Origin: Magnetococcales bacterium
GTDB taxonomy: Bacteria > Pseudomonadota > Magnetococcia > Magnetococcales > UBA8363
Assembly (NCBI GenBank): GCA_015228925.1
Contig: JADGCQ010000009.1
Span: 1,515 to 65,514 of the forward strand
DNA length: 64,000 nt
Reading direction: 5' to 3'
In this document: one piece after another, positions 24,873 through 33,472 of the stretch
Layout of the letters: each line of letters begins with the position of its first letter
Numbering within the stretch: position 1 is the first letter of the stretch
Program-made: the position numbers and the translations under genes
The notes under the pieces: generated by a model
What the model saw: the letters and a program-made list of their open reading frames with translations, nothing else
What the model was told of the DNA's origin: nothing
Databases searched by the model: none

Positions 24873-27800
24873 TTACATCCGGCCTTTCCCACGACCGGCG
24901 TAACCAGAAGTTATTGTTGATGTAAAACGATTATTATTGTCATGCTGCCAATGAACATCACCTGTACCATCCTCCCGACGAATCAGACACTTCCACTGAA
25001 AATCTGGCTGTGAAGGAAGGTTTGACACAACCCCGGTCCATATCGGTTCGGTCGGGCCATAGCGTCCCCCAGAGGGGGGTGGTGTGACGATATATTCCCA
25101 ATAGATACTGGGATCCAATTTGACGGCCTGGGCGGGATTCCAACTCCCCAACTCTGACAAAGAACCGGTTACATAAACACTCCAACCCGGCTCGGTTTTT
25201 CCATTGTCGCAAACAAAATTGACCGATGTTTTCTTGGCGACCGGTGCCAAATTAAAAACAAATTCCTTATTTCCGGTCAATATATTGGTTGGGGGTACTT
25301 TGGCCACAATCCAACGCTCATCCACCGAAACCCAACCGCTGGCAGCCTGATCCAAGTCCTTACGGGAATCGCGCTTGCTTAAAGGCTGTCCTTGGAAAAG
25401 AACCTCCATACCACGGGCATTTTCTACAACAAGTTCCACAATCATGGATCGCTCGGATGGAACACCAGAAGGGAGAGAACCACCATCGGCAACCTTGCTT
25501 GGATCCACCATCACCTTGACCTGAGTATCGGACACTTGTTGTTGATGTAACAGGGTTGTCACATACCGATAACTCGGATTACCCTGATTGTCATAGCTGG
25601 AGATGGTTGTCCCATCATCTTCATACAGCGTGAACTGGGAAGCTTTCTGATCGGCATACACACGCATCATCAGGTCTGTATTTTGGCCGCCCGCACGTTG
25701 ATGATCAAAGGCATCCTTGGTTTGATCATTGACGTTCATCATCGGCAAAATGGCCCCCGCTTTGACAAAGGCCGGCAAACGCAACAATCCGTCCCGATAA
25801 ACCGGCAGATTGTCCAGATATTCACCCTGGCTGGTAAACCATTCATGGGTATTGAAGTTGCTCCAACGCCCTTTGGGTAAATACAAATTCCGTTCATATT
25901 CCCCATGCGCCGCCACCATGCCCACCATGATACTGTCACCCACCATTTTTTGATTGCCCATTTGCGCCAGCGTGGCATCCTCCGGGAAATAAAAGACAGG
26001 CGGCGGAATAATCGGTTCACCTTCCAAGAAAGCACGGTAGGCCAAGCTGTAATAATAGGGAATCAATTGATACCGTTGACGAATGTTGGCCAAATTGCTC
26101 TCTTTATGACCAACCTTGTTGGGTGCGGTGGCGTAGGGATAAGCGATGCTCACAAACTCATTGTCAACATGGGGCCGGACTGGGACATCAAACCAGGATC
26201 CATAAGCAAACCATTGGGTGTAGAGTTCATTTTCATACTTGCGATATAAGCCTTCTTTGTCATTGAATGGCAGGGCTGATTTGCGGAAACCACCAATATC
26301 GGCCCCATAATAGTCGATGCCGGAAAAAGACATGTGCATTTGTGAATTGGCGTGCGCGGCCAAAGATTCTACATGAGATCCGATATCGCCAGACCACATG
26401 GCCGTCCCAAATCGTTGTGTCCCTGCGGCCCCAGACCGGGATACAATGAATGGACGGGGACGTTTCACACCCAGGTTATCGGTATCCTCTCGATGGTTCC
26501 AATATCCATTCCAAATGGAACGATTCCACAAAAGATTGTAAAGGTTATGGATATCGGAATGATGATTTTTAAGTTCCGGTTGATTCTCTCGATTGACGGA
26601 TTGTTCCAACCCTTCGTAACAGGCCTCTTCCCTTCGGGTCTCCGGTTCACCAAGATCGGTCCAATGGGCATGGACCCCTTTCATGGACAAATTGGGATAA
26701 CGCCTGTTGTCGTGAATCCATGCACCAGCCTGGGGGTCTGACCAATCCATCATATGACCCTTGCCCCAAAAATCGTTCTTTTCGATCTCGATGGCCTTTT
26801 GCTGACGGGCATCACACACCCCTCCTGTCCGCTGATAGGCCGATAGGTTTCCAGGCATTTCACTGTAAGTATTGGTATTTTTGTTGAGATAAGACTCTTC
26901 GATGACCGTCAAGCCAACGTGATCCTGGTGCAAATCTTTGATGTGTTGATCGGGATTGGTAAAATCAAAATGATTGGCTTTCAAACTCTCCGATTGATTC
27001 TGGTCCCAATCCAACAGGCCCATGAATTGCTGGTTTTCATTCTTTGTATTAATGCCGCCAAACCAGTTCAGATCCAGGACAAAACCATCCACCGGAAAGC
27101 CATCGTTACGCAATCCTTGGCGCAGAGTGTCGATTTCCTCCCAATTGTCGTACCCAAATTCCGAAACCCAAAGTCCAAAGGATTTGCGCGGGGGGACCGG
27201 AGGGCGTCCAGTCAGATCCATATAGGTGGAACGCAAGCTTTTTAAATCGGGTCCAGTGATAAGATACCAGCGTAGCTGGTCACCATACATGGCGGCATTC
27301 CACGTTGAACCTTCAAAAGACCAATCCTGTTTATAGACATTATCCATAAACAAAGCGTAGTGGCGTCCATCGGATCCCGTGGCAAAGTAAACTGGGATTT
27401 GTACATTGCCGACCATGCCACCGCCAAATACAACAAAATCGTTCCCTAACTCCCCTTGACCAACCCGCTTTTTTTGCTGTCTACGGTCGCCGTCGGCTTG
27501 TCCTGGATTTTGCAACTGCTGTCCCAACCCATAGACATGATCCATACCGTTGGCATCGATTTGGATCCCTTTCCAGGGATTTTCCAAATTGTTTGGACAG
27601 ATTCTTGTCAACGTTTTTCCACCCTGTTGTTTATCCGCCAAAGTCAGGCACAGACTGGCGGGATCAATGTCAATCCGCATCGCTCCCGTTTCCAGAACCT
27701 TGCCATTGGCAGAGATGCTGTACTGGGTGGCACCGGGAAAATTTGTTCGAGCAACCATGGGGGACGTATAAATAGGCTGGTCAACCTGGGGAACCGGCAT

Positions 27801-27983
27801 GGCCGAGGCCTCAAAATGGACCAAGTTTTCACTCAACACTTCAACTTTCAAGTATTCATTGTTTTTATTTGTAAATATCTTTCTTTGTGGCGTAGCATCC
27901 GCAGCGTTTACGGCTGGTAAACCCAATGGTACAAAAAGCCCTGCGACCAATAGCCTGAAGGGAAAATGTTTATGGCTTGGCAC
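24873..27983 (-). CDS. secreted glycoside hydrolase family 31 alpha-glucosidase/transglucosidase with C-terminal CBM20 starch-binding module
   Basis: - **Signal peptide:** FRLLVAGLFVPLGLPAVNAADA.
- **GH31 core:** DGFVLDLNWFGG, HAHWTDLGEPE, RPFIVSRSGAAGTQRFGTAMWSGD.
- **CBM20-like tail:** the last ~100 aa read VNFVCDNGKTEPGWSVYVTGSLSELGSWNPAQAVKL...FQWKCLIR.
- **Start:** GTG. Confidence 0.85.
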   Translation of the reverse strand: MPSHKHFPFRLLVAGLFVPLGLPAVNAADATPQRKIFTNKNNEYLKVEVLSENLVHFEASAMPVPQVDQPIYTSPMVARTNFPGATQYSISANGKVLETGAMRIDIDPASLCLTLADKQQGGKTLTRICPNNLENPWKGIQIDANGMDHVYGLGQQLQNPGQADGDRRQQKKRVGQGELGNDFVVFGGGMVGNVQIPVYFATGSDGRHYALFMDNVYKQDWSFEGSTWNAAMYGDQLRWYLITGPDLKSLRSTYMDLTGRPPVPPRKSFGLWVSEFGYDNWEEIDTLRQGLRNDGFPVDGFVLDLNWFGGINTKNENQQFMGLLDWDQNQSESLKANHFDFTNPDQHIKDLHQDHVGLTVIEESYLNKNTNTYSEMPGNLSAYQRTGGVCDARQQKAIEIEKNDFWGKGHMMDWSDPQAGAWIHDNRRYPNLSMKGVHAHWTDLGEPETRREEACYEGLEQSVNRENQPELKNHHSDIHNLYNLLWNRSIWNGYWNHREDTDNLGVKRPRPFIVSRSGAAGTQRFGTAMWSGDIGSHVESLAAHANSQMHMSFSGIDYYGADIGGFRKSALPFNDKEGLYRKYENELYTQWFAYGSWFDVPVRPHVDNEFVSIAYPYATAPNKVGHKESNLANIRQRYQLIPYYYSLAYRAFLEGEPIIPPPVFYFPEDATLAQMGNQKMVGDSIMVGMVAAHGEYERNLYLPKGRWSNFNTHEWFTSQGEYLDNLPVYRDGLLRLPAFVKAGAILPMMNVNDQTKDAFDHQRAGGQNTDLMMRVYADQKASQFTLYEDDGTTISSYDNQGNPSYRYVTTLLHQQQVSDTQVKVMVDPSKVADGGSLPSGVPSERSMIVELVVENARGMEVLFQGQPLSKRDSRKDLDQAASGWVSVDERWIVAKVPPTNILTGNKEFVFNLAPVAKKTSVNFVCDNGKTEPGWSVYVTGSLSELGSWNPAQAVKLDPSIYWEYIVTPPPSGGRYGPTEPIWTGVVSNLPSQPDFQWKCLIRREDGTGDVHWQHDNNNRFTSTITSGYAGRGKGRM

Positions 27984-28028
27984 GGAACCCCCCTGTCGTT
28001 GAGTGTGATGAACGATTCATGGCACGGC

Positions 28029-28086
28029 AATGATAAAATTAAATATCATTATCATTGAGACTGAGAATCATGATAATCAAGATAAC
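28029..28086. promoter_or_regulatory. AT-rich block with inverted AATGATA/TATCATT arms and reiterated GATAAT-type hexamers (operator-like, Fur-box-like)
   Basis: AATGATA (28029-28035) pairs with TATCATT (28044-28050). The minus strand reads GATAATGATATTTAATTTT, which matches the Fur consensus GATAATGATAATCATTATC at 14/19 by my alignment. TCATGATAATCAAGATAAC lies at 28068-28086. The block sits between the divergent GH31 and EBP genes. Confidence 0.3.
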
Positions 28087-28097
28087 TGTCATGGGCA

Positions 28098-29192
28098 ATG
28101 GATTGCAATAAATATGGTCATTCAAATCATGGGAGATCAATCTTGAAGCCTTCCAACCCATTGCAAAAGTTAGAAGACAAAAATCCTTTTGCGGCCATTA
28201 AAACCCGCCATGGACGCATGTTTGAGATTTTCCGTTATTTGCACACGGTAGCGGGTTCACAACAACCGGTTTTGATCCATGGTGAAACGGGGGTCGGCAA
28301 AGAATTGGTGGTGCAGGCATTGCACAAGGCCAGCGGTCTGAGTGGACCCTTGATCGCGGTGAACGTCGCCGGACTGGATGGCACTATGTTCTCCGATACC
28401 TTATTTGGTCATATCCGTGGGGCCTATTCCGGTGCCGAAAGCATTCGTCACGGATTGGTGGCCGAAGCCCAGGGAGGGACACTGTTTCTCGATGAGATGG
28501 GTGACCTCAACCAGGAATCCCAGACCAAATTACTCAGACTGTTGCAAGAAAGGACTTATTATCCCTTGGGGGCGGACGTGACGCGGACAACCAATGCCCG
28601 GGTAGTCTGTGCAACCCATTGTGATCTTAAGAAACATATAGCACAGGGGTTGTTTCGCGCCGATCTTTATTATCGTCTTGCGGCGCACCATGTATCGATA
28701 CCGCCACTGCGGGAGCGCGTCGAAGACATTGCCCTGCTCACCGAACATTTTGTTGCCGAATCGGCCCATGCGTTGGGTAGGCCGCCTCCTCGAATACCCG
28801 ACGAATTTTTGCAATACCTCGAAGCTTATCTTTTTCCGGGTAATGTCCGAGAACTTCAGGCATTGATTCACGATGCCGTGGCTTGTCATAGCGATGGGGT
28901 GTTATCTTGGGAAACGGTTGCCATCAAACTCCAAGATACGGACCATTTCTCTGGAAAGAGCGGTTCCGTAATCTGGCATGGGGGAAACACCCTATTCCGT
29001 GCCATCCCAGGTCCATTACCCACATTCAAAGAGGTGGAGCGGCAGCTTTTGGAGGAGGCCTTGCGTCGTAGTCATGGCAATCAGGGGGTTGCTGCGACCA
29101 TGCTGGGCATCTCACGGACGGCCCTCAATCGGCGCGTTCAGATGGCGTTGCGTCGCAAAAAAAATCGGGTATTGAACCCAAGAACCCAATAA
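28098..29192 (+). CDS. sigma-54-dependent transcriptional activator (AAA+ plus HTH only) with a variant GAYSGA loop
   Basis: Walker A is GETGVGKE, the loop is GHIRGAYSGA in place of GAFTGA, and Walker B is LFLDEMGDL. The C-terminal HTH is GNQGVAATMLGISRTALNRR. About 30 aa precede the AAA+ core. Confidence 0.85.
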   Translation: MDCNKYGHSNHGRSILKPSNPLQKLEDKNPFAAIKTRHGRMFEIFRYLHTVAGSQQPVLIHGETGVGKELVVQALHKASGLSGPLIAVNVAGLDGTMFSDTLFGHIRGAYSGAESIRHGLVAEAQGGTLFLDEMGDLNQESQTKLLRLLQERTYYPLGADVTRTTNARVVCATHCDLKKHIAQGLFRADLYYRLAAHHVSIPPLRERVEDIALLTEHFVAESAHALGRPPPRIPDEFLQYLEAYLFPGNVRELQALIHDAVACHSDGVLSWETVAIKLQDTDHFSGKSGSVIWHGGNTLFRAIPGPLPTFKEVERQLLEEALRRSHGNQGVAATMLGISRTALNRRVQMALRRKKNRVLNPRTQ

Positions 29193-29256
29193 ACGGTGTC
29201 ATTGCAATCCTGGGCAATCCTGGCGCGACGGGTGCTGCCGTGACCAGTGGACGGGG

Positions 29257-29922
29257 TTAGCCCAATTTCATCAACGCAAACAATGCGCCAATGATCAAAG
29301 CGGTTTGCGCCACAAACATGCTTGCCATCCATTTAATGATCTCCACTTTGGCGGCTTCAACCTTGGCGTCCACTTTGGCCAAAATTTCAACCTTCGTGGT
29401 TTCAATCTTACCACTCAGTTCGGCTTTCGTCGCCTCAATCTTACCGTCCAGTTCTTTGATATCCCGTTTCAGTTCGGCTTTCGTCGCCTCAATCTGACCG
29501 TCTAGTTCTTTAATATCTCGTTTCAGTTCAGCTTTCGTGGCTTCAATCTTACCATCTATTTCCTTGATATCTCGTTGCAGTTCAGCTTTCGTGGCTTCAA
29601 TCTTACCATCTATTTCCTTGAGATCTCGTTGCAGTTCAGCTTTCGTGGCTGCAATCTTACCATCTATTTCCTTGATATCTCGTTGCAGTTCAGCTTTCGT
29701 GGCTTCAATCCTACCATCTATTTCCTTGAGATCCCGCTTCAGGTTGGCTCCCACGTCGGCCAAATCCCGATTGAGGAGCATCATATCCTGTTTGGTAGCG
29801 AGCCGATCTTCCACCAGGACAACCAATGCTTCTGCCTGAATTTCTGCTTGGCGTTCATCCACGCCCGCATCGCGCAGCTTTCTGACATAGGCGAGTGTGT
29901 CAAAAGCGATGGTTGTACTCAT
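29257..29922 (-). CDS. DUF1640-like coiled-coil protein with C-terminal TM anchor and expanded 18-aa repeats
   Basis: The N-terminus FDTLAYVRKLRDAGVDERQAEIQAEAL is typical of DUF1640. Six tandem RDIKEIDGKIEATKAELQ units follow. The C-terminus is IKWMASMFVAQTALIIGALFALM. Confidence 0.75.
   Translation of the reverse strand: MSTTIAFDTLAYVRKLRDAGVDERQAEIQAEALVVLVEDRLATKQDMMLLNRDLADVGANLKRDLKEIDGRIEATKAELQRDIKEIDGKIAATKAELQRDLKEIDGKIEATKAELQRDIKEIDGKIEATKAELKRDIKELDGQIEATKAELKRDIKELDGKIEATKAELSGKIETTKVEILAKVDAKVEAAKVEIIKWMASMFVAQTALIIGALFALMKLG
29413..29736 (-). repeat. six tandem 54-bp coding repeats
   Basis: The nucleotide units are near-identical (for example tcaatcttaccatctatttccttgatatctcgttgcagttcagctttcgtggct). 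They correspond to residues 63-170 of the DUF1640 protein. Confidence 0.9.
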
Positions 29923-30041
29923 GATGCTCGTCTCCTGGCCGTCAATGCCGCACTGAACTCTCCGGGCATTCTATCCCACATCATCTCACACCGTCCAACA
30001 CTATCTTAAATCCAGAAACAACGCACACATCGTTGACCGTT

Positions 30042-31004
30042 TCACAGCCGATTTCGCCCCAAAAATGCCTCTACCCTATCGAAAACTAAGGACTGATTGT
30101 CCCAGGGGATAATCATCAATTCCGGTTCCCGCTTGAACCAGGTCACTTGGCGTTTGGCATAGCGGCGGCTTTCACGTTTGGCATGATCCACTGCCATGTC
30201 CAACGTGCAATGGCCATCAAAAAAAGGGAACAACTGCCGATAACCCACCGCTTTCATGGCGGGGTGATCCCGGTCGTATCCCGCTTTCCACAAGGTTTCA
30301 ATCTCATCCAATAAACCAAGTGCCAACATCTGATCAAAACGGGCATCGATCCGTTCATAAAGTAACGCCCGTGGCCAACTGAAAGCGAGTTTCAACACCG
30401 AAAGTCGCGGCGGTGGCGGTTGTCTCTGCTGCCAAAGGGTTAAAGGGATCCCTGTCGCGGTAACAACCGCCAAACCTTGGACAATCCGGTGGGAGTCGCC
30501 TTCTGGAATACGTTGCGCCAGTTCGGGATCACACTGTTTCAAGCGATCGTGAAGTGCTGGCCATCCCCATCGAAGACCTTCCTGGCGCAACCCTTCCCGA
30601 ATGGATGGATCCATCGACGGCATGGTGGCAAGACCACATTCCACCGCCCGAAAATAAAGACCGCTACCACCCACAAACAAGGGGATCACCCGGCGGCTGT
30701 GACAATCCCGGATGACACCCCAAGCCTCCTCACGATAACGGTCGGCAGAATAGACTTCCGGTGGCGCAACCCGGTCCAAAAGATGGTGGCGCACCTGCGA
30801 CCGTTCTTCATCTCCAGGCTTCGCGGCACCGATGGAAAAACCTCGGTAAATCTGCACCGAATCGGCGTTGACGATCTCCAGGGAATAACGTTTGGCCAAC
30901 GCCATCCCCACATCGCTTTTACCCGATGCCGTCGGCCCCATGAGAAAAATAACCGGACCCTGGGGAGGGGCCTCAGCCAATGGAGAAACTGGATCGATCA
31001 ACAT
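30042..31004 (-). CDS. miaA: tRNA dimethylallyltransferase
   Basis: The P-loop is LMGPTASGKS and SVQIYRGFSIGAAKP is present. 320 aa, colinear with MiaA. Confidence 0.9.
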   Translation of the reverse strand: MLIDPVSPLAEAPPQGPVIFLMGPTASGKSDVGMALAKRYSLEIVNADSVQIYRGFSIGAAKPGDEERSQVRHHLLDRVAPPEVYSADRYREEAWGVIRDCHSRRVIPLFVGGSGLYFRAVECGLATMPSMDPSIREGLRQEGLRWGWPALHDRLKQCDPELAQRIPEGDSHRIVQGLAVVTATGIPLTLWQQRQPPPPRLSVLKLAFSWPRALLYERIDARFDQMLALGLLDEIETLWKAGYDRDHPAMKAVGYRQLFPFFDGHCTLDMAVDHAKRESRRYAKRQVTWFKREPELMIIPWDNQSLVFDRVEAFLGRNRL

Positions 31005-31119
31005 ACCCCTTTGCCAACTCCAATGCTGGGCGGTTACGATGGATTATCCCCACACCATGGGGGTTTTCAGTATGTCGGGGAGGCTGGTGGGCAGTCTACA
31101 AAAAAAAAGGATTGCAGTC

Positions 31120-31848
31120 ATGTTGTTGAAAGATAAGGTCACCCTGGTTACCGGGGCAGGAACAGGGATCGGACAAGCGGTGGCAAACCTGTTTGCCCGC
31201 GAGGGGGCCTGGGTCATCCTCCTGGGCCGGACTCAAAAAACATTGGAGGAGACTTTTGACCAGATCACGACCGTCGGCGGTCGGGCGGTCATCCTCCCCT
31301 TGGACCTGGAAAACGCCTTGAACCTTGTTCCCGACGTGGTGCGGGCCGTCCATGAACGGTTCGGTCGCCTGGATGTTTTGGTCAACAATGCGGGCATCCT
31401 GGGAACCCTGACCCCTTTGGAACATTTCGATAGCGTCTTGTGGGAGCAGGTGTTTCGGATCAACGTGACCGCCCCGTTCTTTTTAACCCGTGAGATGATC
31501 CCCCTGTTAAAACGCAGCCCCGACGCCTCGGTGATCAACGTCGTTTCGACGGTCGCCTTCAAAGGCCGACCCTTTTGGGGGGCTTATAGTGCTGCCAAGG
31601 CGGCATTGGTCAACCTGACCGAAACCTGGGCGGGGGAATTTCCCAATCAGGGGATCCGTTTCAACACCGTCAACCCCGGAGCCACCGCCACCACCATGCG
31701 TGCCCAAGCCTATCCTGGGGAAGACCCCGCAACTTTACCCACACCCCAGCAGGTGGCCCGCGTATTTCTCTATCTGGCTGCAAACCATTCCCGCGATGTC
31801 CGCGGCCAACACCTCAACGCCCGCGATTGGCTCTCATGGCAATTGTAA
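31120..31848 (+). CDS. short-chain dehydrogenase/reductase, YciK-like
   Basis: Motifs are TGAGTGIGQA and NNAG, with the YxxxK catalytic motif in GAYSAAKAA. It is colinear with E. coli YciK as I recall it. I trimmed the track ORF to ATG 31120. Confidence 0.8.
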   Translation: MLLKDKVTLVTGAGTGIGQAVANLFAREGAWVILLGRTQKTLEETFDQITTVGGRAVILPLDLENALNLVPDVVRAVHERFGRLDVLVNNAGILGTLTPLEHFDSVLWEQVFRINVTAPFFLTREMIPLLKRSPDASVINVVSTVAFKGRPFWGAYSAAKAALVNLTETWAGEFPNQGIRFNTVNPGATATTMRAQAYPGEDPATLPTPQQVARVFLYLAANHSRDVRGQHLNARDWLSWQL

Positions 31849-31866
31849 ATCAATAAACAAAAATTA

Positions 31867-32085
31867 TTAAAAGAAAAAAGGGGTCTGGGGGATTGCCCCC
31901 AGGGTTTTGATTTTGATTCTAAAAAAAAAGATTTCCATGTTTAAGCTTTTGACTTTGTTTTTGAATTGAAACAAAGTCAAAAGCAAAATCAAAAGCGGAA
32001 AATGGAAACCTTTTTGTTTAAAGTCAAAATCAAATTCAAAATCAAAACCCTGGGGGCAATCCCCCAGACCCCTTTTTTCTTTTAA
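31867..32085. repeat. MITE/PATE-like nested palindromic element, copy B
   Basis: It has the same TIR as copy A (TTAAAAGAAAAAAGGGGTCTGGGGGATTGCCCCCAGGGTTTTGA and its reverse complement). The interior hairpin is GCTTTTGACTTTGTTT/AAACAAAGTCAAAAGC. It lies between convergent genes. Confidence 0.85.
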
Positions 32086-32113
32086 TCATTTATTTTTCGT
32101 CCCCATCCAAAGA

Positions 32114-33472
32114 TCACCGGTGCGGTTTCGCCGGAACAGGCGGTTTGGCACTCAGCACCTGGGCCATCTGTGCCACACTGTCGGCCATGGAGCAACCCTC
32201 GCGCACCGATTGCCGCAAAAAGGCCCGAATCGGTTCAAATAATTGGATGGAGCGATCAATACGGGGGTTGCTACCCGCCACATAAGCACCGATGTTGATC
32301 ATATCCTCCGCCTTGGCATAAGTTGCCAAAGATTCCCGCAACGATGCCGCAACGCGAATTTGTTCGTCGCTCACCAAATCCGTCATAAGCCGGGAGATGG
32401 AGGCCAAGACATCCAACGCCGGATAATGATTGGCCGATGCCAAATCCCGAGACAAAACAAAGTGACCATCCAAGATACCTCGGACGGCATCGACGATAGG
32501 ATCCTGAAGATCATCCCCTTCCATCAACACCGTATAGAGTCCGGTAATACTACCGTTCCCCCGGTCCCGGCCCGCCCGCTCCAACAGTTTCGGCAACAAC
32601 ATAAACGTCGATGGGGGATAACCCCGGCTGGTCGGCGGTTCCCCCCGCGCCAAACCAATTTCCCGTTGCGCCATGGCAAAACGGGTCACCGAATCCATCA
32701 GCAACAACACATTCTGTTCCTTGGCGCGAAAATATTCAGCAATGGCCGTCGCCAAAAAGGCAGCGCGCAACCGTAATAAAGGTGGCTGATCCGAAGTGGC
32801 CACAACCACCACCGAACGCGCCATCCCTTCGGGGCCTAAATCTTTTTCCAAAAATTCCACCACCTCCCGTCCCCGCTCCCCAACCAGGGCGATGACGTTG
32901 ACATCCGCCTCGGTATAACGGGCCATCATCCCCAAAAGGGTACTTTTCCCCACCCCGGAACCGGAAAAAATCCCAATCCGTTGTCCCCGCCCCAAGGTCA
33001 ACAACGCATTGATGGATCGGATACCAATATCCAACGGTTGATCGATACGACGACGTTGCATGGGATTGATGGGATCGGAATGCAATGCAATCCGCTCGTG
33101 GGTATGGATGGGAGGGCCATTATCGATGGGTTCTCCCAAAGGGCCAAGTACCCGACCCAAAAGATCCGGTCCCACACCCACCATTTCCGATTGGCTTTCG
33201 GCAAGGATCAAACTGCCGGGATGGATCCCCTTGAGGGAACCCATGGGCATCAACAACAAAGAATTATTCCGAAACCCAACCACCTCCGCCTTGACCGATT
33301 CCGCATCGCCTTCGGGAATCACCTCGCACAGATCACCAATGGAGGCGGCAGGCCCCGCGCTTTCAATGAGCAATCCAACCACCTGGGTCACACGGCCAAC
33401 CCGCCGCAGTCCCAACGCCCCCCGTGCGCTATCGGCATAATCCTCCCAAGGGATGGTCATGGCACGCATCAT
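32114..33472 (-). CDS. fliI: flagellum-specific ATPase
   Basis: Walker A is GSGVGKST and Walker B is LLLMDSVTR. It is colinear with the F1-beta-like FliI/T3SS ATPases. Confidence 0.9.
   Translation of the reverse strand: MMRAMTIPWEDYADSARGALGLRRVGRVTQVVGLLIESAGPAASIGDLCEVIPEGDAESVKAEVVGFRNNSLLLMPMGSLKGIHPGSLILAESQSEMVGVGPDLLGRVLGPLGEPIDNGPPIHTHERIALHSDPINPMQRRRIDQPLDIGIRSINALLTLGRGQRIGIFSGSGVGKSTLLGMMARYTEADVNVIALVGERGREVVEFLEKDLGPEGMARSVVVVATSDQPPLLRLRAAFLATAIAEYFRAKEQNVLLLMDSVTRFAMAQREIGLARGEPPTSRGYPPSTFMLLPKLLERAGRDRGNGSITGLYTVLMEGDDLQDPIVDAVRGILDGHFVLSRDLASANHYPALDVLASISRLMTDLVSDEQIRVAASLRESLATYAKAEDMINIGAYVAGSNPRIDRSIQLFEPIRAFLRQSVREGCSMADSVAQMAQVLSAKPPVPAKPHR

Noticed and set aside
28019-28034. 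TGGCACGGCAATGA upstream of the second EBP, considered as a sigma-54 promoter.
   Set aside because: The -24 box is good, but there is no GC at the required 10-nt spacing and no TTGC-like -12 element.
29413-29736. A regular 54-bp periodic repeat, considered as a CRISPR-like or satellite array.
   Set aside because: The units are contiguous with no spacers. They are in frame and translate into a clean heptad-compatible 18-aa coiled-coil repeat inside a complete ORF.
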